From the NCBI GenBank assembly GCA_021776735.1, contig JAJFFH010000028.1, forward strand, positions 40,240 to 104,239: DNA of 64,000 nucleotides, written 5' to 3'. How positions within the stretch are numbered: the stretch's first letter is position 1; each line of letters begins with the position of its first letter. Both the position numbers and the translations under genes were made by a program. Of the stretch, positions 1 through 10,113 are shown one piece after another. This stretch comes from Planctomycetota bacterium. GTDB taxonomy: Bacteria > Planctomycetota > PLA2. The notes under the pieces are model-generated. The model ran no database searches. It worked only from the letters and a program-made list of their open reading frames with translations, and had not been told where the DNA came from.

Positions 1-699
1 CCGACCGACGACCTCGATCGGCATTCCCAGCTTCTGCTCGACCAGGAGGCGCGGCGCGGCGCGCGTCATCCACCAGCCGAATACGCCGGTCACGAGAACG
101 ATAGCGCTGAGAGCGGCCATGCAGAGCCCGAGCACCGAGCGCACGACCCAATCGGCATGCACGATCGCGCCGATGCATGCGACCGTGCCCAGAGCAACGT
201 GGACCTCGAGCCACTTGTTCATGCGGCCGAAACGTTCACGGCGCCGGATCTTGAGCTGCGGACGCTTCGCCAGACCGCGTCCCGTCGCCTGGTACTCGAT
301 GACCGCTTCGCGCACGCCGGCCATGTTCGTCTCTTTCAGGATCCGGTTGGCCTCGGCCAGGAGCTTTCGCGGGCTGGCCCCGTCCCCGGTGTCGAGTTCG
401 GATTCCATCTCACGCAGTCGCCGCGACAGCGTCTGCGGATGGGCGTTCTCCTCGATGCCGAGGTGGCGTACCCAGCGCAGCTTGACCGACCATTTCCGCA
501 GCGAGAACACGAACGCCGCCAGGAACAGTAGCGCCAAGACGATGCCCGACCAGATGAACCAGGAGTGCTGCTGGCCCGGATCGCCGCGTGCGGGGCGTGC
601 ATACCAAACCGACGCGAGCAGCATGAGGGCCATCGGCAGCAGCAATAGGGCCCAGAACTGCCAGCGTCCACCCAAGCGCGCGGGATATCGGTTCGCCAC
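1..699 (-). CDS. Integral membrane protein, cytochrome b / ferric-reductase-like transmembrane domain; runs off the left edge
   Basis: Translated by hand (not in ORF track): GTG start 3 nt after the cytochrome stop, open to position 1; several hydrophobic helices; KWLEVHVALG...IVHAD paired-His motif. Confidence 0.6.
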   Translation of the reverse strand, partial: MANRYPARLGGRWQFWALLLLPMALMLLASVWYARPARGDPGQQHSWFIWSGIVLALLFLAAFVFSLRKWSVKLRWVRHLGIEENAHPQTLSRRLREMESELDTGDGASPRKLLAEANRILKETNMAGVREAVIEYQATGRGLAKRPQLKIRRRERFGRMNKWLEVHVALGTVACIGAIVHADWVVRSVLGLCMAALSAIVLVTGVFGWWMTRAAPRLLVEQKLGMPIEVVGR

Positions 700-702
700 G
701 GG

Positions 703-2580
703 TTAACGTCCCCCGCTTGGCAGCGAGCGCGGCCGCTTGCGATGGCAACTCGCGCAGCTGTTGCCCTCCGACTCGGGACGGTTGAAAGGCGCATCGCGGA
801 ATGCCTGATCGCGGTGAATGCTCTTGTGCCGGACCGACTCGAGAAACGGCACGATGCGGGTTGTCGGGGGCACTTCGAAGCCGTGGCAGGCGCTGCACGC
901 GCCGGTCTTGTCGTGGAACTGCTGACCGGACACGATCGTCGCGTGAACGCGGAACATGGGTTTGCGGGATGACCGCGTGTTGATGTCCTTGCCGTGGCAA
1001 CGGGCGCAGCTCTTCAGCTCACGCGGCGTGCCCAGCTTGCCGGTGCGCGCGCTGTAGTCCTGCTTGCCCTTGTCCGTCCCGTGGTTGTGGCACTTCTTGC
1101 AGCTTTCGGGGCCGGGGACGGCCAGTGTGCCGTCCCGACCTGTCTCGTGGCAGACCGCGCAGTTCTTGATCTGGTCGGACCGCATGTGCGCGGCGTGATC
1201 GAATTCGGCCACGACCACGGTCGTCTTTTTTCCCCGATCCTTGGTGTGGCCGCCCTTGTGGCAGCTGACACAGCTCTTGCCGCCGGCGCGGTCGGTGTCT
1301 TCGTACGACGTCGTCGCCGCCGAGTGGCCGCTCTGAAGGATCGACGCGTGGCACTTGGCGCAGTCTTCCCCGGACGCATCCCCAGGTACATGCGAGCGGT
1401 GCGTGAATTTCCTGAAGGCGCGTCGATCGAGCGTTGACGGCTTGGCCCGGTGGCACGCTGCGCAGTCGGCATCTTCGATCTTCGCGCCGGCCCGCGTGAC
1501 TTCCGGGTGCGCCGCCTCGCCGAACGAGAAGCTGCCGGGCCGCCAACGTGTGACCTTGGCGACGGCCATCTTGCCCGTGGAAAAGTCCTCGTCCCGGACG
1601 TGGCAGCGCCAGCAGGCAATGCCCGCCCCGTGGTTGTCCACCTTCCACTCGGTGTGGCACTGGACGCAGCTCTCGTAGCCGTTCGTGTAATCGGCCTTGA
1701 GTTCGCCTGCGCCGTCGAAAGTGTGGCACGGGGTGCAGGAAACAGCCCCCGCGCCCCCCTGGCCCACTTTCGTGATGTGAACCGAGTGATCGAATCGGTC
1801 GAATCGGGTCGGCGGGCGCGCCACCTTTTCCAGTTTGAGTCCCGCCTGCTTGCCGTCGCCGTCGTTGTGGCACTGCTTGCAGTCCCCGGCCGCGAAGTGG
1901 TGCAGGTCGTCGCTGACCCGCGTGCTCTTGCGGATGCCGGCGTGGCAGGTCAGGCAGTCCTTGGCGGTCGCGGTCTTGGGATCGAAGTGGTTTTTGTGGG
2001 AGAACGCGCGGTCCGTGCGTTGCACCGGGCGCAGCTTCTTGCGCAGGTGGCACTGGTTGCAGCTCTCGCCGCGACCGGTCTCGCTCATGATCGGTCGGGC
2101 CGGATCGTGATCGGCGTGGCACTGCTGGCAAGACTCGAGGCTGCGGGAAACGTCAAACGTAAGGTCGCTCGTACCGGAGCCGCGCGACAGCTGCGGCTCG
2201 TGGCACTCCACGCACGACGTGGCCTTGTGCTGGTTGTGGTCGAAAAACGGACGATTCTTTCCGCGCTTCCCGAACGCCGGCTTCGGAAAGCTGACGTGGG
2301 CGCTGTCCTGATGGCACTCGGTGCACGTCTTGTAGGGTTCCTTGTAGGCGTCGAAGCCCTTGCTCTTGAACGTGTGGCAGGTGCGGCAGTCCTTTTCGCG
2401 GCCCGGGGACGCGAAGTCAGCCGCCAGATGCGGGCGGTGGGGGAACGCCGGGGCCTTGCTGGGCGCTCTTGCCGGATCCTGCGCCTGCGCGGTCGTCAGG
2501 GCCAGACTCCAGAGCGCCAAGGCCAGCCCGAAGAGGAGGAGTTTCTTTTGAACCTCGGTCAACACGCGCGATCCTGACAA
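703..2580 (-). CDS. Secreted 18-heme c-type cytochrome (c3/c7-like repeats); true start may be GTG 2565
   Basis: 18 CxxCH motifs counted; recurring FxHxxH distal-ligand motifs (FPHRPH, FDHNQH, FSHKNH, FDHSVH, FTHRSH, FDHAAH); signal peptide ending AQA. Confidence 0.9.
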   Translation of the reverse strand: MSGSRVLTEVQKKLLLFGLALALWSLALTTAQAQDPARAPSKAPAFPHRPHLAADFASPGREKDCRTCHTFKSKGFDAYKEPYKTCTECHQDSAHVSFPKPAFGKRGKNRPFFDHNQHKATSCVECHEPQLSRGSGTSDLTFDVSRSLESCQQCHADHDPARPIMSETGRGESCNQCHLRKKLRPVQRTDRAFSHKNHFDPKTATAKDCLTCHAGIRKSTRVSDDLHHFAAGDCKQCHNDGDGKQAGLKLEKVARPPTRFDRFDHSVHITKVGQGGAGAVSCTPCHTFDGAGELKADYTNGYESCVQCHTEWKVDNHGAGIACWRCHVRDEDFSTGKMAVAKVTRWRPGSFSFGEAAHPEVTRAGAKIEDADCAACHRAKPSTLDRRAFRKFTHRSHVPGDASGEDCAKCHASILQSGHSAATTSYEDTDRAGGKSCVSCHKGGHTKDRGKKTTVVVAEFDHAAHMRSDQIKNCAVCHETGRDGTLAVPGPESCKKCHNHGTDKGKQDYSARTGKLGTPRELKSCARCHGKDINTRSSRKPMFRVHATIVSGQQFHDKTGACSACHGFEVPPTTRIVPFLESVRHKSIHRDQAFRDAPFNRPESEGNSCASCHRKRPRSLPSGGR

Positions 2581-2634
2581 TTGTTCGACGCGTAGTCAAC
2601 CGCGCCCCCGGACGGGTGCCCATTCTGGTATAAG

Positions 2635-4242
2635 GTGCGCGAAGTGTCGAGGCCGGGATCTGTTCTCTTTTTTGTCGCACTTCTTGCGGCGTCCACCGTT
2701 GTGTCCGCGGAAGATTCCGAGCCGCCGGGGGATGCCGCTGAGAGGCCGCCGCAGCAGGAATCGCGCGCTACCAACGTTCGGTACACACCGTTCGACAGCC
2801 GCTACGACGTCCCGCTGCCCGACTACGACCGCTACGGCCTGCGCCGGGCGATCGACAGTCTGCTGCTCTATGCCGGGAGCGGCGAGTACCCCTGGATCAA
2901 GACGACGAGCCTGTGGGACTCGTACAACACCAATATTCTCAAGGGCGACCGGCCGATTTCCGGTGAGCACCTGTTCCTGCGCATCGACGCGGTCTCCAAC
3001 ACCGTGGCCGAGATGCGTGAAATCGCGGGGGGCGGAAACGAGATCGACGTCAAGTCGACGCTGTTCACGTCTTTTGACCTGTTCTACGGCAACACCGTCT
3101 TTCGGCCGCCGTCCTGGCGCGTCAAGGTCACCGGCGCCGCGGATATCCGGCACGGCGACCTGGCGACCAAGGATCAGACGAACGGCGACGGCGCCCTGCA
3201 GGAGGCGTTTGTCGAGTTCCTGCTGGCCGAGTTCGACCCGCATTTCGACTTTGTATCGGTGCGAGTCGGCCGCCAGGCGTTCATCAGCGATTTCTTCGGA
3301 TTCATCTTCAACGACGTGAACGATGGGGTTCGATTCTTTGGCACCGCGCAGTCGAAGCGAATCCAGTACGACCTCGCGGTGTTCAACATGGTCCAGAAGG
3401 ACCCGTTCAGCAACCTGAACCGTCTCGATTTGCGGCGCGATCAGGTCGTCGTGGCCGCGAACTTCTTCTTGCAGGACGCGCCGCCCGGCTACACGCTCCA
3501 GTTCACCGCCCAATACCTCCACGACACCCTCGCCCAGCACGTGGACGTGTTCTACCTCGGCTTTTTGGGGGATGGCGTGATCGGCCCCTTCGAGGTCGGA
3601 CACGCGATCTACGTGAGCTTCGGCAACGATGACGCCAACCCGGTCAGCGGCGTGGATACCGATATCTCCAGCCAGTTGGTCGCCTTCGAGATCGCCTGGC
3701 CGCGGGACTGGTACACACCGCGCCTGAGCCTGCTCTTCGCTTCCGGCGATTCGGACCCGACGGACAGCAAGGGTCGCGGGTTCGACGGTATATTCGACAA
3801 CCCCCGGTTTGCCGACGCCGGACTCGGGTTCTACCACCGGCAAAACCTCGTGCGCGCCGGGACGCGGCTGGCCAACGCGTTCAGCCTCTACCCGAACCTG
3901 CGCGCCAAGGCGTTCGCGGCGCCCAACTCCGTCAATCCGGGCCTGCTGCTCCTGCATCTCGGCGTGGACGTGCAGGTGTCGAACCAGCTCTTCTTGTTCG
4001 CCAACGCGAGCTACATGCGTTTTGTCGCCACCGAGTCGCTGGAGGCGGTCTTCGGCGTGCCGAACCTGAGCAAGGGCCTCGGCGTGGACGTAAGCCTCGG
4101 TGCCGTGTATCGGCCGCTCGGGATCGACAACCTTGTGGTGACCGGTGGCGTTGCGGCCCTGTTTCCCTCCGGCGGATTCGAGCAGATCTTCGGCGACGAG
4201 ACCGTCGTCGCGGCTTTCGTCGGGATCACGATTCTGTATTGA
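2635..4242 (+). CDS. Outer-membrane beta-barrel protein (alginate-export-like porin)
   Basis: Signal peptide; alternating amphipathic strands; SGDSDP..FD motif; C-terminal aromatic residue (GITILY). Confidence 0.7.
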   Translation: MREVSRPGSVLFFVALLAASTVVSAEDSEPPGDAAERPPQQESRATNVRYTPFDSRYDVPLPDYDRYGLRRAIDSLLLYAGSGEYPWIKTTSLWDSYNTNILKGDRPISGEHLFLRIDAVSNTVAEMREIAGGGNEIDVKSTLFTSFDLFYGNTVFRPPSWRVKVTGAADIRHGDLATKDQTNGDGALQEAFVEFLLAEFDPHFDFVSVRVGRQAFISDFFGFIFNDVNDGVRFFGTAQSKRIQYDLAVFNMVQKDPFSNLNRLDLRRDQVVVAANFFLQDAPPGYTLQFTAQYLHDTLAQHVDVFYLGFLGDGVIGPFEVGHAIYVSFGNDDANPVSGVDTDISSQLVAFEIAWPRDWYTPRLSLLFASGDSDPTDSKGRGFDGIFDNPRFADAGLGFYHRQNLVRAGTRLANAFSLYPNLRAKAFAAPNSVNPGLLLLHLGVDVQVSNQLFLFANASYMRFVATESLEAVFGVPNLSKGLGVDVSLGAVYRPLGIDNLVVTGGVAALFPSGGFEQIFGDETVVAAFVGITILY

Positions 4243-4250
4243 GAAGGACC

Positions 4251-7200
4251 ATGCGGCGTCCCTACTACTGCCTCCTCCTCCTCTGGGCCCTCGTGTTGGG
4301 CTGCACGCTGATTCCGTTCCGGCACGACGAGTCGCGCGCCGTGGGGCGACGCGGTGCGGATGGGCCTCACGGTTCGACCGTCGAAACCAAGGGCAGCTCC
4401 AAGGGCTGCGTCACCTGCCACGCCGGCATCGAGTCACCGTCGATGCACGCCTTTCAGGTCGTCAAGATCGGCTGCACCCAGTGTCACGGCGGGGACGCGA
4501 CGGTCAAGAAGCCGTCGGGAACGGACAAGGGGGACCGTGGCTACGCGGCGGCGCAAGAGCGCGCCCACGTCGCGCCGGCGTTCCCCGAAGAGTGGCACGG
4601 CGCAGCCAACCCGAAGACGTCGTACGCCCTGCTGAACCGCGAGCGCCTCGAGTTTGTGCGCTTCATCAACCCCGGCGACCTGCGCGTGGCGGACGTTACA
4701 TGTGGCGGCTGCCACCCCAACGAGGTGGATCAGGCCAGAACCAGCATCATGGCGCACAGCGCGATGGTGCCGGGCGCGGGCACCTACGCCAACGGGGTCC
4801 TTCCCTACAAGAACTACATCCTCGGCGAGTTCTACATGCCCGACGGACGGGCAGCGGCTGCCATCACCGACCCGCCGCCCACCAAGGAAGAGTTGGCGCG
4901 CGGCGTTCTGCCGGCGCTGTATCCCTACCCCCGTTTCGAGATCAGCCAACCGGGCAACATCTTCCGCACCCTCGAGCGTGGCAACGCCGACAACCTGCGT
5001 GGTTTGGGCACCGAAGCCAAGGTCGATGCCGCCGTTGTGGTGGTCACCAAGACGCGCCTCAACGACCCGACACTCTGGTTCTTGGGTAACAACGATTACG
5101 CCGCGGACTATCGATCGAGCGGCTGTACGGCGTGCCATGTGATGTACGCCAACGACGACAGCGAGAGCTCCGGACCGTGGGCGAAGTTCGGACGGCGCGG
5201 TCGGTCGCACAGCGACGATCCGACGGTCGATAAAAAGACCTCGGGGCACCCGATCCGGCATGCGTTCACCCGGTCGATTCCCAACAGCCAGTGCATGACC
5301 TGCCATCTGCACCAGGGCAACGGCGCCCTGGGAAACTACGCCGGCATCATGTGGTGGGACGGCGAAACGGACGCGGAGTGGTTTTACAACAAGGACGGGA
5401 GCCTCAAGACCGGCAAGAAGCTGCACGACATCGACAAGGTCGTCAATCCCAAGAGCAAGATCTCGCAGTTTAGCGCGCTGCACCGTTCGTCCTGGTCGTT
5501 CCGCAAGATCTACAAGCGCAACGAATCGGGCGGCCTGCTCGACGCGGAGGGCAAGATCGTCTCGTGGGACGATCCGAAGTGGTACGAGAAGGCCGTACAC
5601 CTGACGGACGCGCACTTCGACGCCGGGATGCACTGCATCGACTGCCACACCCGGCAGGATGTGCACGGCGACGGCAAGCTCTATGGCCAGATGATCGACG
5701 TTGTCGAGATCGCCTGCATCGATTGCCACGGGACCGTCAAGGAAGAAGCGAGCCTGGTCACGTCCAACCCGTCCGGCGGCAACGACCTCGCGGAGGCCCT
5801 GACACCGTTCGACAAGCCCTGGTTTGAGCGGCTCGACGGCAAGATCATCCAGCATTCCAAGGTCACCGAGGGTCTGTCTTGGGACGTGCCGCAGATCGTG
5901 AACATGATCGACCCCGACCACGAGTCGTACAACCGCAAGGCTGCGATCGCAAAGACGATCCAGAAGAGCGGCGAGAAGTTCGGTGACCCGTGCGCGAAGA
6001 ACCTGGCCCACGAAAACGACGAGATGACCTGCTACGCTTGCCACACGTCGTGGTCGACCAGTTGTAGCGGCTGTCATCTCGCCAACAAGGCCAACGCGCG
6101 CACGAAGTTCGGTCACTTTTGGGGCGAGTACACGCAAAACGACGTCGGCTACTTTTCGCAGGGGCTGCGCCAGGACCTGTTCATGCTGGGCAAGCACGGC
6201 AGGACTCAGAAGTATCGCATCGGCCCGGTGCGATCCGCGTCGGCGGTCACGGCGAGTACAGAGAACGCGAACCGCGCGATCGTCACGGTCCAGCAGCCCA
6301 CAATTGCCGCCAGCGGGCATAGCGGCATGGCCTTTTCCCCGTTCGTTCCGCACACGGTGCGCGTCACGGAAACCAGGCAGTGCAGCGACTGCCACATCTC
6401 GAAGGAGGAGGACAACAACGCGCGGCTTGCCGTGCTGTTCAACCTCGGCACGCAGGCCACGGATCTCGTGGGGCCGTATGCCTGGCTCGCCACGGGTGCG
6501 GGTGGCATCAGCGCGGTGCGCGTCACCGACGGTTGGGAGCCGCAGCCGGTGATAGGGTCCAACTACCACCGCTTGCGTTTCCCGAAGTTGCACGCCGCCC
6601 ACGTGGAAAACGATCGCACACTCGTCGAGGAGCAGCGTCACGGTTCGCGCCACGCACAGAGTCTCCAGATCCACGGCGAGTACATGCTCGTCGCCGATGG
6701 GCCGGGTGGCTTTCGCGCGTTCGACATCGCCAATGTCGCCAACAAGGATGTCGCCCAACGCATCGTGACGGCGCCGTTCAGCCCGCTGGGCCACGACACA
6801 CACATCGAGTCGAGGAACGCCACGGCGGTGCTGGTTCCGTCCAGCGTGCCGCTCGACCCGCGCCGCGTACAGGATCCGGCGAGCCTCGAGGATCCGGTCC
6901 ATCCGCTGTTCGGCTACGCGTTCATCACCGACAGCGAGGAGGGGCTGATCTGCGTCGATATCAACACGCTGGTCGATGGCAACCCCGAGAACAACTACCT
7001 GAAGCGTGCCGCAACCTACAACCCGAAGGGCCGCCTCGATGGCGCGCGCGGCGGAGTCGTCGCGGGGCACTACCTGTATGTGCTGACCCCGCGCGGCGTC
7101 GCGGTTGTCGATATCGACACCCCGGACAAGCCGCGCTTGGTCCACGAACTAGGCGACGGCCTCAATGTCCCGAGAGCGGTCGATCTCCAGTTCCGTTACG

Positions 7201-8072
7201 CCGCGCTGGTGGACAAGGACGGGTTCAAGGTGCTCGACATCACGGATCTGAGCCGCCCGCGTCTTATGAAGAAGGCGACGATCCCGCTGGCCGACGCGCG
7301 TCACGTGCAGATCGCGCGCACGTATGCCTACGTCGCGGCGGGCAAGGAAGGCGTCGCGATCATCGACGTCAAGCGCTTCCGGCGTCCGAAGCTGAAGCAG
7401 ATGTTTTCGGCCGGCGGCAAGATCAACGACGCCCACGCGGTCACGGCCGGGTTGGCCTATTCGAGCTTTTTCCTGTTCGTCGCCGACGGCAAGAACGGAC
7501 TCCGCGTCGTCGAACTCTGGGCGCCGCATCGGTACCCCGGGATCGACGGATACTCGCCGCCCCCGATGCCGCAACTCCTCGCGTCCTATCGCACCAAGAC
7601 GCCCGCGATCGCCATCTCGGAAGGGCTCGCGCGCGACCGCGGCGTGGACGAGAGCGGCAACCAGGTTTCGGTCTACGGCCGCCTCGGCTCGCGGCCGCTC
7701 AACCTCGCCGAACGGCGCCGGTTCTACCTGCGCGACAAGCACGTCTACCGCGTCACCGACGAGCCGAGTAACCTCAGCCGGGTCAAGTACGTCCGCAAGA
7801 AGAAGACCACGACCAGAAAGGGCATGACCCGTCTCGGTATCCGCGTCCGCCTCGCCGGCGGCGACAAGGATCTTGCGGACGCACGTGTGACGCTGGTGAC
7901 CCCGCGCTTTGAGACGCTCCAGTCCGAAGACGGCGTCTACATGCTGCCGCCGCTGCCGGCGGGTTCGAAGGTCCAAGTCCGCGTGAAACACGCCGACGGC
8001 AAGACCAGGACCATCGAGTTCACGCTCGGAGAAGCCGGCGAGACCCAGCAGGTCACGCTAGAGAAGCGGTAG
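4251..8072 (+). CDS. Decaheme cytochrome c lipoprotein fused to LVIVD-repeat beta-propeller and a C-terminal beta-sandwich
   Basis: AAGGA RBS before ATG 4251; lipobox-like VLGC; 10 CxxCH motifs; LVIVD-type repeats (YAYVAAGKEGVAIIDV, FLFVADGKNGLRVVEL). Confidence 0.85.
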   Translation: MRRPYYCLLLLWALVLGCTLIPFRHDESRAVGRRGADGPHGSTVETKGSSKGCVTCHAGIESPSMHAFQVVKIGCTQCHGGDATVKKPSGTDKGDRGYAAAQERAHVAPAFPEEWHGAANPKTSYALLNRERLEFVRFINPGDLRVADVTCGGCHPNEVDQARTSIMAHSAMVPGAGTYANGVLPYKNYILGEFYMPDGRAAAAITDPPPTKEELARGVLPALYPYPRFEISQPGNIFRTLERGNADNLRGLGTEAKVDAAVVVVTKTRLNDPTLWFLGNNDYAADYRSSGCTACHVMYANDDSESSGPWAKFGRRGRSHSDDPTVDKKTSGHPIRHAFTRSIPNSQCMTCHLHQGNGALGNYAGIMWWDGETDAEWFYNKDGSLKTGKKLHDIDKVVNPKSKISQFSALHRSSWSFRKIYKRNESGGLLDAEGKIVSWDDPKWYEKAVHLTDAHFDAGMHCIDCHTRQDVHGDGKLYGQMIDVVEIACIDCHGTVKEEASLVTSNPSGGNDLAEALTPFDKPWFERLDGKIIQHSKVTEGLSWDVPQIVNMIDPDHESYNRKAAIAKTIQKSGEKFGDPCAKNLAHENDEMTCYACHTSWSTSCSGCHLANKANARTKFGHFWGEYTQNDVGYFSQGLRQDLFMLGKHGRTQKYRIGPVRSASAVTASTENANRAIVTVQQPTIAASGHSGMAFSPFVPHTVRVTETRQCSDCHISKEEDNNARLAVLFNLGTQATDLVGPYAWLATGAGGISAVRVTDGWEPQPVIGSNYHRLRFPKLHAAHVENDRTLVEEQRHGSRHAQSLQIHGEYMLVADGPGGFRAFDIANVANKDVAQRIVTAPFSPLGHDTHIESRNATAVLVPSSVPLDPRRVQDPASLEDPVHPLFGYAFITDSEEGLICVDINTLVDGNPENNYLKRAATYNPKGRLDGARGGVVAGHYLYVLTPRGVAVVDIDTPDKPRLVHELGDGLNVPRAVDLQFRYAALVDKDGFKVLDITDLSRPRLMKKATIPLADARHVQIARTYAYVAAGKEGVAIIDVKRFRRPKLKQMFSAGGKINDAHAVTAGLAYSSFFLFVADGKNGLRVVELWAPHRYPGIDGYSPPPMPQLLASYRTKTPAIAISEGLARDRGVDESGNQVSVYGRLGSRPLNLAERRRFYLRDKHVYRVTDEPSNLSRVKYVRKKKTTTRKGMTRLGIRVRLAGGDKDLADARVTLVTPRFETLQSEDGVYMLPPLPAGSKVQVRVKHADGKTRTIEFTLGEAGETQQVTLEKR

Positions 8073-8110
8073 CCCAGCGCGCGTGTCTGCAAGGGTGTCT
8101 TCCGGTGTGG

Positions 8111-9217
8111 CTACCCGACCTGTTTCCAGGTCTCGCCGTCGTTGCCCTTTTCGCCGCTGGCGACCGGACCTTCCATCGTGTCCTTGGGCCCCGCGTCGCC
8201 GTGTTTGTACGCCGCGCTCGCGCTGGGACCGTTCGCGCCGCTGTACTTCTTGGCGTCGGTCGCGAGGATGTCGCCCTGCACGTTGACAAAGAACGTGCGC
8301 GTGCCGGTCTTGCCGTGCTCGACGGGCCACGCGTAGACGCAAAAACTCGTCTCGGCACGTTGCGCGTCGATCACGTCGGGCTTCGCCGGCTCGACGAGGC
8401 CCTGTGCGTTCTTGCCCGGCAGGTAGATGCGGTAGTGGTATCCGTTGCGGGTCACGGTGCCGTGGTTGACCGCGCGAAACGCGCCCGAGAGCACCGGGGG
8501 ATTCATGTTCGCGCCGCCGCGGACGCCGACCCCGCCGGACAGCTCGCCGAAGAACCCGAACTCGCCCACGCCGTCCTTGTCGACATCCGCACGCGCGGTC
8601 GCCTGGAACTGCGCCTGCGCCGAGAGGATGTTGCGCAGGGTCGCGATCGTCGCCGTCTCGTTGGCGCCGCGCCGGGCCTTCCGGTTCGGTGCGGCGTGAT
8701 CGACCTTCCAGGCGCCGTTCTCGCGCACCAGCTTCAGGTCCAGTTTGTTGGACCGGCCCGGCAGCCGCTCGATGGCCACCTTGACGTGCGCCGTGTCTTT
8801 GCCCTTGAGCTTCACCGCAACAACGGTGACCTTGATCGCGCCGGCCATCTGCTGGAACTTCTGCTGTTCGGCACCCGCCTGTTTCTCGAACGCGGCGACG
8901 ATCTCGCGCGTCGTCGCCGTCCGCGGATTGAGGCCGAGCATCGGCGCTGCCTTCGACACGATCGAGCCGACAAGCTTTCGGCCGTTATCCGACAGACCGT
9001 CGAACGCCTTCAGGAACTCGCCCTTCTTGAGCGTGGTTTCCAGCGCCGCGAGGGCAGTGCGCACACCGGCGTCGTCCTTCTTGTCTTCCTTCGCAGGCTC
9101 CGCCGCGGCTTCCTTGCCAGCGGATGCGTCGGGCTTTTGGGGGGGCGCGGGGGCCGCGGGGTCGTCCCCGGGAGCGGCGAGGAACAGGCACAGGAGTGCC
9201 GTGGTGAGCAGGTACAT
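8111..9217 (-). CDS. Secreted protein with NTF2-like N-domain and DUF2950/pilin-globular-like C-domain
   Basis: Signal peptide; ANETATIATLRNI...GYHYRI...YAWPVEHGKTGTRTFFVN motif. Confidence 0.6.
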   Translation of the reverse strand: MYLLTTALLCLFLAAPGDDPAAPAPPQKPDASAGKEAAAEPAKEDKKDDAGVRTALAALETTLKKGEFLKAFDGLSDNGRKLVGSIVSKAAPMLGLNPRTATTREIVAAFEKQAGAEQQKFQQMAGAIKVTVVAVKLKGKDTAHVKVAIERLPGRSNKLDLKLVRENGAWKVDHAAPNRKARRGANETATIATLRNILSAQAQFQATARADVDKDGVGEFGFFGELSGGVGVRGGANMNPPVLSGAFRAVNHGTVTRNGYHYRIYLPGKNAQGLVEPAKPDVIDAQRAETSFCVYAWPVEHGKTGTRTFFVNVQGDILATDAKKYSGANGPSASAAYKHGDAGPKDTMEGPVASGEKGNDGETWKQVG

Positions 9218-9291
9218 GTCTTTCCTATCGGCCGTGCCGCGGAAGCGTGCGAAGTGTCCGATTCTCGATTCGAGACGGCGGGGGACGAGTC

Positions 9292-9783
9292 CTACCGGAC
9301 GCGCTTGATGATGTGGAAGCCGTACGGGCTGGTGGTCCGGTTGTAGTCCGCCATCCCGATCTCCCCGACCTCCAGTTTGAAGCCGACGTCACCGAACGCT
9401 GACACCATGCCGCGGCGGGGTAGTTCGCCCCGTGCCGGGCGAACATCGTGGTTCGCCATTCCGTACGTTTTGCCACCCGGGTCCTTGGAGTGCCTGCTCT
9501 TGAGCGAGGGCCAAAGCGACGGGTTCTTCTCGAGCTTCTTGAGAAGGTCGTACGCGAGGTCGCGCGCCTCCTTGACCGTGAGCAGAGAGTCCACTCCCGC
9601 GCCCCGCACCCCGATCAGGATGTGATCGACGGTGATGTGTTGCGGCTCGACTTTGTTGGCCCGCTTCGCAGGGTTCTCCGGCTGGTTCTCGCTTTTTTGG
9701 CCCTCGCAGCCCGCGAGCAGGGTGATGCCAAGGGCAAAGACGGCGGTGAGAGCCGCGGTGCCGGTCAGGGAGTACCGATACAT
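9292..9783 (-). CDS. Parvulin-type peptidyl-prolyl cis-trans isomerase, lipoprotein
   Basis: HILI...SKDPGG...MVSAFGDVGFKL...SPYGFHIIKR rotamase motifs; lipobox LAGC. Confidence 0.9.
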   Translation of the reverse strand: MYRYSLTGTAALTAVFALGITLLAGCEGQKSENQPENPAKRANKVEPQHITVDHILIGVRGAGVDSLLTVKEARDLAYDLLKKLEKNPSLWPSLKSRHSKDPGGKTYGMANHDVRPARGELPRRGMVSAFGDVGFKLEVGEIGMADYNRTTSPYGFHIIKRVR

Positions 9784-10113
9784 GCCCGCAGTCTATCGAC
9801 CCGCCCCAGCGCCCCGGGGTTCATCGACCAGAGCGCCGGAGCGACCGGAACCGCCAAGGTAGTGGCCAATTTGCCCTGCGACCCATACCGAGCCGGGATC
9901 ATATGGATGGTTTTGACAATCTCTGGTCGCCGCAAGGCGCGGTCATGACCGACGACGCGTCAGCGGCACACGGCCTAACTTCATGCCTGCAAGCGGTTTG
10001 TGACCGACGGCTCTCCAAGATCATCCTTTTGATCCCGGCTCCGGTACTGAAGCGCGACCGGTCTCCGCGTTACCGGGGCTGCCCGCGCGGGCGATTCGGT
10101 ATGCTCCGGGGGC

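Noticed and set aside
4434-7145. Long antisense ORFs (also 22611..24743, 25870..28359, 45537..47564 and others)
   Set aside because: Shadows of real genes caused by stop-codon scarcity at high GC; no recognisable motifs.
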